Part shown: positions 35,268 through 47,844 of the stretch, one piece after another
How positions within the stretch are numbered: the stretch's first letter is position 1
Layout of the letters: each line of letters opens with the position of its first letter
Source of the DNA: Oopsacas minuta
Lineage: Eukaryota; Animalia; Porifera
Assembly (NCBI GenBank): GCA_024704765.1
Contig: JAKMXF010000310.1
Span: 782,400 to 846,399, forward strand
DNA: 64,000 nucleotides
Reading direction: 5' to 3'
The notes under the pieces: generated by a model
What the model saw: only the letters and a program-made list of their open reading frames with translations
Databases searched by the model: none
What the model was told of the DNA's origin: nothing
Position numbers and translations under genes: made by a program

Positions 35268-37421
35268 ATGACAGAAAACATCACAAATTCATTTATCTGT
35301 TCGCGAATAATGTTGAAAGATATGAGTGAACTGATCCATATGAGTATTACAGATGCTGGAGATAAGGAATTCACTAAGTTGGTTACCCAACAAATGTCTA
35401 AATATCATCTCCATGAAATGAGAATGGTATTTACAGGTTATTTCTTAGATTTTGAGGATTATGAACTATCACCCTGGTTACTTCTCTTCTCTTCTAAGGA
35501 CTATCTATCAAAGTTGCAAATAGTAATCAATTTGTTTGGGCAACATCTACCTACAAATACCATGGGTATCAATTCGACATATCAGATATTGCACCCTCTT
35601 ATAGTATCATTAACGACTGACTTAAATGTATTATCAGCTGTAATAGACAGAATTCCTATTACAGCTGTTGATATGATAGAACAGTCAGCAGAGTTACTTA
35701 GAGATGCAATAGATTGGAAGTCAAATGAACAAATAATTCCTGTCTTAATCTTTCTCTATAAAAAGAATGTAGATCTGAATGCGAGGAGTTCGGTCAGAGG
35801 AGAATGTGCTCTTAGTTATGCTACTAGAAATGAACGTAAACTCACAGTGTCATGGCTAATTGAGCATCATGTAGATCTCAACATACAAGATAATTATGGA
35901 TTTACAGCTTTGCATTATGCTGCCCTTAGTAAAAGTATACCTTGTGGAGATTTGCTTCAGGCCGGAGCTAATCCTAACATTCAATCTAACAACGGACTTA
36001 CTGCATTAGTACTTCTATTCAATAACAATAGTTTTCTCTTCTACTCCAGTAGAATTCTACCAAAAGAAATATCTAATTACAAAGAAATGAAGTATTCAGT
36101 AGATATCAACATTTTGAAAGAATTTGCCAAATTTGGAGCGAAAATCCTATTTGCAAGTTCAATGGAGGATCCAAATTTCAAACTGACAGCTTTGAATTTA
36201 CAAACTCTAAATAGACTGAACTCACTGAAGACTCTTTCTGATTTGTTTGATATTTCTGTTCCTATCCTACATAACAATTATGATAATTCTGTGAATATAG
36301 CTTCTCGAGAAAGAATGCTTTTTTCGAATAGAATAAGACAAGTTAATATCACTATGCATAGAAAACTACTAGCTTTAACCATTAAGCACGGTTATTTTTA
36401 CGAGGAGTTGAGATACAAAATGATTGATGCAGATTATTCTGACAAATCTGATGATAAAACTACGATAGAATATTTTTTAAGATATTTCCAAAAGCCATAC
36501 ACAGGCTATGTATTTCTTACATTAATTAATATGATAGAGAATTTCGTGGAATCAAGGTCAGGGAAATTAGTCACACAATCGGAATATTTGATAACCAAAA
36601 TTATTGAAGTTGGTAGTAATTCTATTCATTTAGATAATCCAATGTCTCTCTACTACAGTAGTTTATGTTTGATTCTGCAATTGCTTCCTGCGTGTAGTCA
36701 AATACATAAGCCCCTATTGAAGATAATATGTAGATACTTGGAGGTTACAATTGTTCCCTATTGGTACAAGCAGATGCAGGCTACTCAGGGGCATAACGAT
36801 CCAAAAAATTTCTTGTGTGTAAACATTGGTTGCTGGATGAGCTCATTCATGTACATCTGGCACAAGTTAATTGAATCTGATAGAATTGAGCTGGAGAGGT
36901 TCTATATACGGATAAGTAGTATGTGTGAAGAATTCCAGCCTCTTGTTTGTATGACACTATATATAACCGCAAGGTATTATACTTCTGATAGGCAGAGAGA
37001 GTACGTGTCCAACCCAGATAATAGATACCTGGATAGTATTGTTAACAGCTACAATAATTTTATAGAAGAGATAATCTCATTACTCGTGAGCTTGGGAGAA
37101 GACATAAACTCTCCTACTTTCTACCGTAAACAAACAGCTCTCCTTATAGCCGTAGAGTCGAACAGTAACCAGCAGTTTCTAAAGTTTCTACTGAAACAGG
37201 GAGCTTCTCCTTATGCAGTGGACGCATTGGGCTATTCAATTAAAGAATACTGTGAAATAGGTGTAGCCTCAAAGAGTCTACATGCGTGGATAAATCAGAT
37301 CACAGCAAAACCATATCCTCTTCAGATCTTGTGTACTAAGTGTTTGGCAGCTCATCTAATATATGTGGGGAATCTGTTACCACACAAGGGGTTAAGGAAA
37401 TTCTTAATTATTCATACTTAG
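35268..37421 (+). CDS. Ankyrin-repeat protein with FEM1-like layout and C-terminal BC-box-like segment
   Basis: ANK repeats (DNYGFTALHYAA, NPNIQSNNGLTAL, KQTALLIAV...LLKQGASPYAVD); C-terminus PLQILCTKCLAAHL...LLPHKGLRKFLIIH resembles the FEM1 SLxCLAA...LP..L..F...H end. Confidence 0.7.
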   Translation: MTENITNSFICSRIMLKDMSELIHMSITDAGDKEFTKLVTQQMSKYHLHEMRMVFTGYFLDFEDYELSPWLLLFSSKDYLSKLQIVINLFGQHLPTNTMGINSTYQILHPLIVSLTTDLNVLSAVIDRIPITAVDMIEQSAELLRDAIDWKSNEQIIPVLIFLYKKNVDLNARSSVRGECALSYATRNERKLTVSWLIEHHVDLNIQDNYGFTALHYAALSKSIPCGDLLQAGANPNIQSNNGLTALVLLFNNNSFLFYSSRILPKEISNYKEMKYSVDINILKEFAKFGAKILFASSMEDPNFKLTALNLQTLNRLNSLKTLSDLFDISVPILHNNYDNSVNIASRERMLFSNRIRQVNITMHRKLLALTIKHGYFYEELRYKMIDADYSDKSDDKTTIEYFLRYFQKPYTGYVFLTLINMIENFVESRSGKLVTQSEYLITKIIEVGSNSIHLDNPMSLYYSSLCLILQLLPACSQIHKPLLKIICRYLEVTIVPYWYKQMQATQGHNDPKNFLCVNIGCWMSSFMYIWHKLIESDRIELERFYIRISSMCEEFQPLVCMTLYITARYYTSDRQREYVSNPDNRYLDSIVNSYNNFIEEIISLLVSLGEDINSPTFYRKQTALLIAVESNSNQQFLKFLLKQGASPYAVDALGYSIKEYCEIGVASKSLHAWINQITAKPYPLQILCTKCLAAHLIYVGNLLPHKGLRKFLIIHT

Positions 37422-38092
37422 GTATTCCTGGATATACTCTGCTTAGTACAAATCTTCAAGTGTAATTTATGCGATGTATTGTATATTTCAAGATACTAGC
37501 GCACTTAGCTCCACTTGGTAGGGCGCTACGTGACGGGATATGTTCAACACTACGTCCAAAGAAAAAGCTGATATTTTATGAAATTAGTATTAAGAAATTC
37601 TCAATATTTCCAGTCAATTCCCGTTCTATCTTAGCACAAGAATTACTTCAATACATGCATACCTCAGTAAATTAGATATAAACAATGAAATTTATGTTAC
37701 ATTGACTGTTTGGGACATAATTATTTGTATAATTTCATACTTTGATATGAGTGGTATTTCGACATATCCGTGTTTGACATAAAGGGAGTTGACTGCTTTG
37801 AGGCCTGGGGTATCAATTTGTCCTAAGTTGTATTTTTCGCTAATTTTCATGATCAATCGAAATTTCATTACCGTCTATCTAATAATACTAAATTCGGAGA
37901 CTCTTGCAAAGTAGTAGGAACAAGAATTATGTAAATTTAAACGATATGATGTAAGTTAATTTTCAGAAAAATGTAATGTTCTCGCAAAACATAAATCAAG
38001 CATTCCTAACCAAGCCGAATTTAATTTCTATTAACTCTCTGTAAATTAGTCTGATCATTTATGGCAAATTCGGCCGAGAACTTGAGAAACTA

Positions 38093-39307
38093 CAGTAGAA
38101 CTCGGGTAAGACGTACTGTCTCGAATAACCGAAATTTTATCCTATCTAATCCATTATAGATAAGACGTACCAAATTTTTCTTTCCAAAAGGACAAAATGT
38201 AACGACTCATACTTGGATAAGACATACTCAGTGGTGTTTCTAGGGAGGGGCGACTTCTCACAATGTTTTTGCTTGCCTCCCATTTTTTTAAGATATTAAG
38301 ATTTGCTATTTCTTATAAATGGAAATATTATTCCCCAGTTGCACATGTTAGTTAAAAAGGTATGTCAAAAAATATTGGCCAGTGTTGTTTTGGCCCGGCC
38401 GGACCAAATACAGTAGAACCTCTATAAGTAGGGGAAGTCGGGACGGAGAATCTCAGGATAACCCCTATTCCCCATTTATAATTTCAGATGTAAACGTCCT
38501 TTAACCAGAGATTTTTGAGTCAATATGTATAGCCACTTCTTCCAACGAATATCTATTCGATGGCAATATTTGATTGTCATAATATGCCCTAAGGTTGTTG
38601 GTTGATGATAATTCAAGAAAATTTATATTTTTCGAATTTCCCACTTATAGAAGTAAATTTGGCCTTTCCCCCTTGAGCGCCATGATTTTGGGGAACCCAT
38701 TTGAGTTGGCCCACCCCTACTGATGTTGCGACAGTAAGACAATTTCTGGGGTTGGCGTCATATTCCCGTAAATTTATTGCAAAGTTTCGGAGATTGCCAG
38801 ATTCATCAAGAATGAGAATGGAAACATGAATTATGATAAAGGGTCTGGCTTAGAATCAGACTTTAATATATTATAAAACTCAACTATTGTGGGTGTATGT
38901 GTATCGACTTTGTTAGTATAGTAATGAGGGAATACAATCAATGTATAGAATTGAATAACATATCCTTCTGTTGTTGATATTTGTAAAGTAAATAATTACA
39001 TTAGGGTAATCGAGTATGCTGATCCCGAATATTATAGTATAAACAATATATGATAAATATGTTGTTATACGATTAATCATATTTTCACTCCTTTTGAAAG
39101 ATAATTCAATATTATTCACAATATGATTGTTATCTTACCGTTATACATCTGGATAGTACTAAACTTCTATTGGTATTCGTATAATATGTACGTAGAATCA
39201 CAGTGATATTCACAACCTCGGCTAATACGTTCTCGAATAAGACGTACTTCCGTTAATACGTACTTTTTTTGTTTCCCAAGCGAGTACGTCTTCACCGAGT
39301 TCTACTG
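38093..39307. mobile_element. Tigger-like non-autonomous element with nested insertions
   Basis: TA|CAGTAGAACTCGGGTAAGACGTACT...AGTACGTCTTCACCGAGTTCTACTG|TA; internal CAGTGG/CAGTAG-type element ends at about 38229, 38382 and 38411. Confidence 0.7.
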
Positions 39308-39460
39308 TATATTGTATTCATACTATTAAATTGCTCTCTGAAACGGGTATCCCTAAAAGATGCGGCACATTCTTTAGCGAATGTGTAGCTAAATTTTATG
39401 TGATTTTAGGCTACACATATAACGAAAAGTCCATGTAACCAGATCTAACAAATTGTCGTG

Positions 39461-39700
39461 TAACGAAGTGTCCATGTAACGAAGTGACCATCTAGCGAAG
39501 TGTCCATCTAACGAAGTGACCATCTAGCGAAGTGTCCATGTAACGAAGTGACCATCTAACGAAGTGTCCATGTAACGAAGTGACCATCTAGCGAAGTGTC
39601 CATGTAACGAAGTGACCATCTAGCGAAGTGTCCATGTAACGAAGTGACCATCTAACGAAGTGTCCATGTAACGAAGTGACCGTCTAACGAAGTGTCCATG
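39461..39700. repeat. 16-bp minisatellite, 15 units, with 32-bp higher-order alternation
   Basis: TA(A/G)CGAAGTGTCCAT(G/C) strictly alternates with TAACGAAGTGACCATC; 240 bp = 15 x 16. Confidence 0.95.
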
Positions 39701-40439
39701 CAACAAATTTTCAGTATCCTACTAGGAGTGAACTAATTAATAAGCAAAACTGAGTGTTTGAATTCATAACAAAATATATTAAGGCTGATTGACTGGTGTG
39801 GTTTGTTGTAACTTATTATAAAGTGGAGAGTTTAGCCTACAAATATTCAATAAGTAAAGATGCATTCATTTAATTGAAATTTTAATGATAGCATAGAAAA
39901 ATAAGGTTTGGATAAAGTATCTCTGCTATTATTGTTTGGTATCAGTAGGTTATTAATTGAGTATAATAGTTTGATTTGTAGTTTAATTTATTATTCTCAA
40001 CTAGCTATATGTGGTATTATTTCAGTTCCTTAGGTTCTTTATTTAAAGAATAGACTATTTAAGTCAACAATCAATCAATTACATAGATATATATTCAGGG
40101 ATAAGCAAATGTATATCCTGTCTATCATGTTAATTAATCTATTGTTCGTCAAAATACTTACTCAAGTAATAATTAATAAACTATCTTACAGTAACTACGT
40201 TAGGGACCAGTTGTCAATCTGTATTTCTATAAATTGGAGAGAAACAGTTTATTTTCTAAAATCATTCTCACTATTCACTGTTCGCCTACAAAATTTCACA
40301 TTTTGAAATTCTCATAACTATATCGCATTTAGTGACAAAACAAACCGCGATCGCGCGAGATTTATTAAACATCAACACTCAACTTGATAAAGTATGCAAT
40401 TAGCCACAATTTGCAGAATTGAACGATAAAGTAAGTCCT

Positions 40440-41100
40440 TGCCTTAAGATTGGTATATTTGGTAATGAAGGAGGACAGTTTGGAGTTCCATGGGGATTCT
40501 CTGTATTATTATATACAGACAAATCTAAGTGACCTGGAAAACAACAGGATGCAAGTATTCAACAGAGAGGAGACAACTTGTTTATGTTTGGAGACAGTAA
40601 AGGAGTTGGAAAGATGATTCATCCGAGATGTGTAACTATATATGGGAATGTCTATGTTAGTATCTATGGCACTGGAGTAATTTTAGCATTCTAGTTGAAT
40701 GGAAATTTCATCACCAGAATAGAGAATTCTGATCATTAAAGAAAGCAATTCAATCTCTATTATGGCATTACGAACAATGAGTTTCGTGAAGTTATTTTCG
40801 CATGCGATTGCTTCAATGGAAGAATCGAAGTACTTTCGCTCAATTCGGAGAAGGGATTCTCCAATATCCAGTAGACTTGCATTTAGCAAATGAACACATC
40901 TATGTGTACTATGTCAGCGTTCTCCTTACATCTGTAGCTTTGAATACGATATGAAACAAATTCGATCATTCATCTGTGATAATATTTGTAAACATTTCAA
41001 TTCTTCATTTGAATTCTGTATAAATAGATCTAATAGTATCATTGCTTGTATGAACGAGCATAGAGCTGTTTTGAACTGAATGAACACGGTATGTCCTCTA
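40440..41100 (+). pseudogene. Degraded NHL-repeat gene
   Basis: Interrupted frames give GIFGNEGGQFGVPWG, NRMQVFNREG..LFMFG, KMIHPRCVT and other NHL-like pieces, with stops and shifts. Confidence 0.5.
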
Positions 41101-41286
41101 CAAGAACAGTGAAGCATGTTCGATATATTTAGTGAAGTTTTATTGAATTCTATTTACTTCCTTGATAAACACGATAAATACATAGTTATGCAACAATTTC
41201 AAAATTGCATACCGTAAATCCTTTCCTTGACAACGAACAAACAGACAAACAACAATTGAGATTAAATAATATAGATTAACTGGCCT

Positions 41287-41541
41287 AAAAAATAAAAATA
41301 AAATACCGCTCGCTGTGGCAGTTTCCGAAATAATTCTGGCTGAGAAACAAGCAATAATTTTACATGGCCGTATATATGGAATTATAATGTAGTTGTATCT
41401 TACAAAACTGGAACCTTTGGTTTGTCGATTCACAATTAACGCCTCGAGGTATCCATTATTATCCAAATTGTTGCCCCCTTTGAGTATTATAATATAGATA
41501 TATTTAGGATAATGTAATTCACAAATATACTATATGGCATA
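41287..41541. repeat. Inverted partner of 34130-34385, interrupted at its right end by the Tigger element
   Basis: Reverse-complement similarity; ends at the TA target site 41540-41541. Confidence 0.75.
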
Positions 41542-43643
41542 CAGTAAACAGCGGCTTTAACGGCAAATCGCTTATAACGACTCATTTTGCTTGCCCAGAA
41601 TCTCGCAGCATTATTCTGCACACACCATACCTCGAGTATAACGACCTATCAGATAACGACACATTGAATTTAACGACATATTTTCTATGCCTGCTCCATG
41701 CAAATCCAATTCGATATTACGACTTTTGGGTTGTCTATACTGTGGACCTAAGAAAAGTGTACTTGTGAATTATTAAGGGTTTAATAATTGATTTAATTAT
41801 AAAACAATTAAAATCTCCTTTTGAATCAATAGCACCTGGCTTCTTACGAAAACGCTTATTAAAAGCTATTGTACGTACAATGTAATGTTAAAATTTAATC
41901 GTCATGGATTCGAGCGGACTTGGCAAAAGGAAGCGCTTTTCTTTTGCTGAAAAACACAAAATTTTGAAGGAGCTTGATGCAGGAGCTAAGCGACCATTCT
42001 TGGAGCTGAAACATGGCATTTCACATGGGACCCTAGCCGGCTTCTTGAAAGATCGGGCGATGATTGAAACTTCCATCGCAAGTGCATCAAATCTTGATTC
42101 GAAGAGCACAAAGCTGTCTCGATACCCGGAGATAGACACTGCACTGCTTGAGTGGTTTCGTTGTTTGAAGAGCACAGCTCCAGATGAGTCAGTCACCGGT
42201 CCCTTTCTTCTAGAAAAGTCGATATGCATTGCGGAGAAACTGAAAGTACGAAATGTGCCTGGCTACCTCGAACCTGTGTTCCTTGATCTGAACTGGATAG
42301 ATCGTTGGAAGAAGCGCCATAACATCACCAGCCGTCAAATCTCGGGTGAGAGCCAATCAGCAGATCACGCTGGTGCTGACAACTGGATATCAACGTAGCT
42401 GAAACTGATCAGAGAAGAGTTTGAAGACAAGGATATTTTCAATGCTGATGAGACTGGGCTATTCTGGAAGATGACACCAGACAGACTTTGTCTTTCCGAG
42501 GAGACTTGTGCAAAGGAGGCAAGCGCTCCAAGGAACGCCTCACTGTATTGGTAGTAGCTAGTGCGCTTGGGGAGAGGTTTCCGCTACTCGTTATTGGAAA
42601 GAGTAAGCGCCCCCACTGTTTCCGAGGCGTCCTGAATCTTCCAGTGGAGTATGATGCCAATCGAACCGCATGGATGACAAGTGAGATTTTTGAGAAATGG
42701 CTAAGGAAGTTGAACAATTCTATGAGATTTGACGACAGGAAAATCGCCATGATTCTTGACAACGTCTCAGGTCATCCGAACCTTAACTTGTCCCATATCA
42801 AGCTTTTCTTTCTCCCACCCAACACAACGTCTATGACTCAGCCCATGGACGCAGGTATAATCAAGAACCTCAAGCACCACTACCGCCGGTTTCTTATTAG
42901 GAAGCGTTTATTGGCAGTTGATTCTGAAACGGGGTTCAAACTTGACTTGCTCCAGGCCTTGGACTGGCTAAAAATGTCCTGGGATAATGTCACCCCCACG
43001 ACCATCAAGCATTGCTATCAGCATGTTGGGTTCAAGGATTTACCTGCCACTGAAGAAACCTCAGCACCTGACACATCAATTTGGAGCAGTGCTGAAGAAG
43101 CAGGGCTTGTTTCGGATGGCTTATCATTTGAGGACTTTGTTGCTCTGGATGATGGTGTTGCAATTGGACCTGGTGCAAATGGTCTCAAAATTGACGATAT
43201 CCTTAATAGTCTGCACCCTCCAAGTGATGACGATGTTAATATCGAAAATGACGACAATGAATATCCCCCCAATATCCATGTTCTGTAATTCGACACTGTT
43301 GTCTCATGCCTTGACACCGTTATGAAGTTCTTGCGCACCCTCCCATGCTCAGAGAAACAGATTCAGTCTGTCAGCGAACTCCAAAACTTCTTGGCTGAAA
43401 GTCAGCTGAGTCGATTGCAGCAGGCCTCAATAACTAGCTTTTTCAAGTCAAACTAATCATATTCATGACATTATTATGACGATAATACAACAACATAGTA
43501 TACTACATCGTATAACACGAATATATTTGGGTGTCATCCGGTATATAATGCATATATAAAGCTTCCTCGGATTTAGCGACAAATCGGATATAGCGACCTT
43601 TTTTGCCTGCCCAAACGAGTGTCGTTAAATCCAATGTTTACTG
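41542..43643 (+). mobile_element. pogo/Tigger DNA transposon, full length
   Basis: TA|CAGTAAACAGCGGCTTTAACGGCA...TGTCGTTAAATCCAATGTTTACTG|TA; internal CENP-B-type transposase. Confidence 0.9.
41904..43288 (+). pseudogene. pogo/Tigger (CENP-B-like) transposase with one nonsense codon and one frameshift
   Basis: HTH (KRKRFSFAEK...LLEWF...WIDRWKKRHNI), TAG at 42396, IFNADETGLFWK, 1-nt shift at about 42487, then LDNVSGH...LPPNTTSMTQPMDAGII. Confidence 0.9.
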
Positions 43644-44116
43644 TATAAATTCTGAAACCAACAACACACTCGTCAACTTAAAAATAACAGAGCACATGAT
43701 AATATTTTTCATGAGATAGAAGGAGGGATAAAAAATTGTGGGAGATGGATTTAAAATTGCAATTTTACCCCATTACTCTAAAGAATAATGTCGATGGGAA
43801 AATATATACAATTATGCATATATGCAATATACTAATATCCCGAGATGTACGACTGTGTGGTTGGAATAGATAGAAAATACAATTCATTCCTCTCGATACA
43901 TGTAATATAAATGTAATTCGCACTTATACCCATCATAATATCTGTATTTGTTCTGTAATTAGAATAATAATAGAATAATAATGAGAATATACCAATGAAG
44001 AAAAGTAGAAATAATATCAAACAAAAAGAGAATTGGTCAATATAGTTGTATATAGGAAGATAGAAGAGAGTATTAATAAATGTAAATACAAAGCTAACAT
44101 ACAACTATATAGAAGA

Positions 44117-47100
44117 ATGAGAAAATGTATAATACTCATTATTATGTTATTCGTACTGTATTTCATGAAATGTTACAGTGAAGAAAGTAATGGAGTGGCT
44201 TGGAGAGAATGGAAACATATGTTCAATAAGACGTATGATAATAAGAGTAAAGAAAAGAAAAGAAAGGAAATTTGGGAGAAAAATATTTTGAAAATTAATG
44301 AATTCAATGCAAGAAATGGATCTTTTAAACAAGCAGTCAATAAATTCTCAGATATGGTGAGTCTTAGTGCCTAGTACGTATTTCATATCTTCATTAACAT
44401 AATCAGTCAACTTAATTAATTATAACTATGTACTTAAACCACATTCTATAAAACTTGACTAAATCAAGGCTCTCAATCTGAAAACCTTCACAATCGTGAG
44501 ATTCGTCAAAATTCTTATGATTCTATCATGAAAAGTGCAATTTAGTATTAGTTTTCAGTGAAAAGACCAGGGATTCTCTAGTTTATTGTAGACACGAGAT
44601 CGAGCTGCTAAATATATCGAAAAGGTGAATCTGATTTCACAATTTTGAATTAATCCTATGTAAATTTATTTAATATTTATGAATATAAAGTAAGCAATAA
44701 AAGAGCCCGACCATCTAATGCAACTGGACAGGCCATACTAGATTCTACGGCCTCGAAATAGTTGAACTCTCAAAATGTAGGTAGAGACTTGTTCTTAACA
44801 GCTATAATGGGGTAACAAAGTGCGCTTTCAAGTTTCTCATATGTACATTTATCGTTATTTTTATGGATGTAAAGTAAAGAAATAATTGTAATCTTGATAT
44901 AATCATAGAAATGTCACAAATATAAATATACTAATTATCACATATATATTAATACTTGCCACTTTCTCAAAAGTTATCTACGGCCCTGTACTATATTGCA
45001 TAGTCTACCTGATAGACATGCGACATAAAAAGAAAGTAAACATTGTTGTAATCGTTATATACTACGTAAGACCCTCATTAATCCGAACAGAGCCTAAATG
45101 TTCCACAACCTTTGGAAATTTCTAAAAGACACAATTGTATTCTAATCTACCGCGGATAATTCGTAATACGTACGGTCGTACGTACTAACTACTATGTTAC
45201 ACATGTTGATATACTAGTTCTAATTCCTATATTCTTGTTTCAATGCATTTCAGTAATCGGGACGAATTAGTTTGCAAAAAGTACTATTCTGATTAGCGAG
45301 GGTCTACTATTAGTCTATTATCAAGTGATGATACATTGGTCCACGTTAATCAAGTTAGAATTTCTTCTTTTTTGAATTTGAACTTTTCCTAGCGATATTT
45401 CTATGCCGATTCTGAAATGATATCCAATTTGCTCCAACACGTCACAATTTAATAATATTCAACATCAAATACTACGAAATTGCTTCCATATGGGAAAGGA
45501 GTTATCAACAACTTGTAGAAATGTTCAAAGTATAGTGTATTTGTAATTCATAGTAACAAGAATGAGCTCTGTGAGGCCTAACTGATCGTTTCAGAGGCAA
45601 AAATAAACATTTTGTGAAGTCTATATGTAAAATTCTAGGTTTCCTTACTAAAAATGACCAGATTCACCCAAATATATTCTTACCTTTTGAAGTTAAATTA
45701 GAACAACAATTGATCGATAATTTACAAAGGTTGCCCATGAGTACTTCAGTATTCAGTAAATATATCTGATGGTTTCAGCAATTTTGTAATATTTCAAGTC
45801 ACATATCATCAAATTGTGACTTGATGGAGGAAACGGACTATATTTCCGAAATCAGCATAGTTGATAACATAACATAAAACTCTATTCAACACAGAAGAAT
45901 AATCAGCGTTGAACAGTGTAATAATTACATATATTAGACTTCTGAAGAAGTGCTTAGCATTATAGGAGGACTTCACCCTGAGTCAGAAACCACCACAGAA
46001 TCTCTCTATACATCTGCTCTTAATAAAGTAGAAATACCTGACAATATTGATTGGAGAGATAAAAACGTGGTAACACAAGTCAAGAATCAGGTATACTTAT
46101 TAGTAGTATTTAACAGAGGTCTGCCGTACCTAGTGCCAACTATTATGCAGGCATAGGCGTAAAACTTTCCAATTTTCAACAAAGCCGGGGGGTTCCGGAC
46201 CCCCTCAGAATTTACATCTATGTATGCAGGGGATGTTAAATAAGCAAAAAAACTGGCATACATTAATCCAAGTGTTATATATCAGATACTTTAACAAGTA
46301 CGAATAACCTCTAAAATATATAATCCAAATGACAATTTAAACCTTTGACTTCAAATGTGAGGATTTTAGAACTTGACTACCTGTAAAATTTCAATATTAT
46401 TAGTGTCCGTGTATTGTATATAATAATATCTTGCATGATAGGAGTGCTATGGATCATGCTGGGCATTCAGTGCTGCAGGAAGCTTAGAAGGGCAATACGC
46501 CAGGAAAACAGGTAAGTTAGTTTCATTCTCAGAACAACAGCTGATTGATTGCTCATGGAGTTATGGAAACAAAGGCTGTACTGGTGGTCTTATTATTAAC
46601 GCATTCAAATATTGGGAGAAACATGGAGCGGAGAGAGAAAAGGATTACCCATTTATTGGTCGAGTAAGTAGTTACTATAGTATCTGCAACAAGGTTGGGG
46701 ATCGTTCAGAGTTGCACGCGGGCCGAAATTCTAACCGCGGCCAGGCCCGCAGCCCGCGATTAGTCGGCCAGCAAGAACCCCCAAAAAGTCCCGGGGAAAC
46801 AATGGTTCGATTCACTCCTAAGTATTCCCAATTGGTAACTTGTGACAATTCAAAGAAATTGCGGAGTTGTGCTAAGCAGCTTAATGCGGATTATAAGGCC
46901 ACTGTTAGTTGGAAACATGTTTCAGTTCCACCGCCTGTATCCGATTTGGCTACCTCACTAATATTATCATTATTGTCATTATTTCACTATTTACTCAATG
47001 TATTTCAACTACAAGTTGTATAAACTGGATAGAATCAATAGAAGTATCTTTTTCATAGTATAGCATATTCTCATATCAAATTTGACTTTAGTAATTATAA

Positions 47101-47844
47101 TATTTTGTGTGAATGACGTCAATGAACCAATTTTCCAACTGATACCTCACAAAATACTGAGATAATGATAATGAACTGCCCGCCCGCATGCATGTACAGG
47201 TGTATCTAATGTGGAACTGAAACAAGTTTCTCATTAACAATTGCCTAATGGGAGTATTCCCGGCCGGCCCTTAAAAGAGTATTTCGGCACGCATGCAACT
47301 CTGGATTAGTTAACCGAATTGAGGGAATAGTTAAACTTGGTTCAATCAATGTGGTAAATCGGTTAAGTAGTTACTACGTTACAAGTAACGTATGTTGAAG
47401 GCAATTAAAATACTTGTAACATACAATTACAATACAAATTAATTACAAACATTTATTTGTACATACAACATTCAATAGGACCTCCACTGCAAGTACCAAA
47501 GATCTCGAATCGTCTCCAAGTTAAAATCATTCGTACGAATACCTCGAGGAGACTGCACTCAGCTAAGAAGAGCAGTAGCAGAAATAGGACCGGTATCTGT
47601 GGGTATAGATGTAAGTCAAGATAGCTTCCATTCCTACTCGCATGGAGTATACAAAAGTGGCAGATGCTCTTCAACCAAACTTAACCATGGAGTGCTAGTT
47701 GTGGGATATAACATGGAAGGGAGTGGTTATTGGATTGTTAAGAACAGCTGGGGTAAAAGATGGGGTGAAGCAGGCTATTTCAGAATAGATATGCGAGATA
47801 ATATGTGTGGAATCTGTACTTCTGCACTTTATCCAGTAATCTAA
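44117..47844 (+). CDS. CTSL: Cathepsin L-like cysteine protease (papain family C1A), 4 exons
   Basis: Exons 44117-44356, 45938-46090, 46442-46663, 47479-47844; all GT-AG, phase 0. Signal peptide, I29 prodomain (ERFNIN-like, NKFSDM), DWRDK, Q..GSCWAFS, SEQQLIDCS, GCTGG, LNHGVLVVGY, KNSWG. Confidence 0.92.
46707..47303. mobile_element. hAT-type MITE in cathepsin intron 3
   Basis: TIR CAGAGTTGCACGCGGGCCGAAAT versus (reverse complement) CAGAGTTGCATGCGTGCCGAAAT, 21/23; TSD degenerate. Confidence 0.7.

Noticed and set aside
39461-39700. CRISPR array
   Set aside because: Contiguous 16-bp units with no unique spacers, no cas genes, eukaryotic context.
46712-47023. 103-aa ORF in cathepsin intron 3
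   Set aside because: Lies wholly inside the hAT-type MITE, has a non-ATG start and no domain signature.
44117-47844. Silicatein call for the cathepsin-like gene
   Set aside because: The catalytic residue is Cys (GSCWAFS), not the Ser of silicateins, and there is no Ser cluster before the catalytic His.
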